Shown here: piece by piece, positions 63,721 through 64,000 of the stretch
Numbering within the stretch: the stretch's first letter is position 1
How the letters are laid out: each line of letters opens with the position of its first letter
Assembly: GCA_036380055.1 (NCBI GenBank)
Contig: DASVFM010000001.1
Location: forward strand, 11,126 to 75,125
Source: Casimicrobiaceae bacterium
GTDB taxonomy: Bacteria > Pseudomonadota > Gammaproteobacteria > Burkholderiales > Casimicrobiaceae
Reading direction: 5' to 3'
DNA length: 64,000 nt
Program-made: the position numbers and the translations under genes
The notes under the pieces: generated by a model
Database searches by the model: none
The model's input: the letters and a program-made list of their open reading frames with translations, nothing else
What the model was told of the DNA's origin: nothing

Positions 63721-64000
63721 ATGAGCACGAAACTGCCGCGCCGCGTGCGCATGGTCGACGTGGGCCCGCGCGACGGCTTGCAGAACGAACCGGCAGCGGT
63801 GCCAACCGAGATCAAGGTCGGCCTCATCGACAGGCTGGGCGACGCAGGCCTGCCGGCGATCGAGGCGACGAGCTTCGTATCGCCGAAATGGGTCCCGCAG
63901 ATGGCGGACAATGCGCAGGTCATGGCGGCGATCCGCCGCCGGCCCGGCGTGCGCTACCCGGTGCTCACGCCCAACCTAAAGGGCTTCGAAGCCGCGCTTG
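63721..64000 (+). CDS. liuE: Hydroxymethylglutaryl-CoA lyase, N-terminal part running off the right edge
   Basis: The ATG at 63721 opens [61 protein letters not shown], the canonical HMGL N-terminus. The frame is still open at the window end and is not listed in the ORF track. Confidence 0.88.
   Translation, partial: MSTKLPRRVRMVDVGPRDGLQNEPAAVPTEIKVGLIDRLGDAGLPAIEATSFVSPKWVPQMADNAQVMAAIRRRPGVRYPVLTPNLKGFEAAL

Overview
This is a high-GC chromosomal segment, roughly two-thirds G+C by eye. Its gene content and synteny look betaproteobacterial: cytochrome c4 divergent from engB-hemB, mrcA divergent from pilMNOPQ-aroK-aroB, then gltBD, and argS-SPOR-dsbA. The window is almost wall-to-wall core or housekeeping coding sequence.

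Gene content from left to right:
- livM'/livH/liv-binding-protein
- an RND efflux pair (adaptor plus pump), then a pcm-like methyltransferase and tolC
- LPS inner-core genes (waaA, waaC, a GT2, a UDP-sugar 4-epimerase) plus rfbB-A-C-D
- cytochrome c4, engB, hemB, a 202-aa unknown and mrcA
- pilMNOPQ, aroK, aroB
- an orphan Ig-repeat lipoprotein
- gltB, gltD, a KdoO-like dioxygenase, hemE, priA, argS, a SPOR protein, dsbA and an SDR
- a glycine-zipper protein, phaC and an MBL hydrolase
- a roughly 14.5-kb LiuR-type leucine/isovalerate catabolic cluster that runs off the right edge in HMG-CoA lyase

I saw no rRNA, tRNA, CRISPR array, transposase, integrase, phage or toxin-antitoxin genes. I do not see a convincing new multi-gene system here.

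Items worth a second look:
1. An orphan four-module Ig-like lipoprotein sits in the aroB/gltB junction.
2. A 362-bp low-GC non-coding island between hemE and priA carries four co-oriented DnaA-box-like 9-mers.
3. A sulfotransferase / LysE exporter / truncated DMT block is embedded in the liu cluster.
4. A perfect 22-bp palindrome lies on the liu promoter.
5. An unknown gene is tightly coupled to mrcA.

All calls rest on reading the supplied translations and DNA for motifs. No database search was run. Start codons are my best choice, often shorter than the ORF-track maximum.
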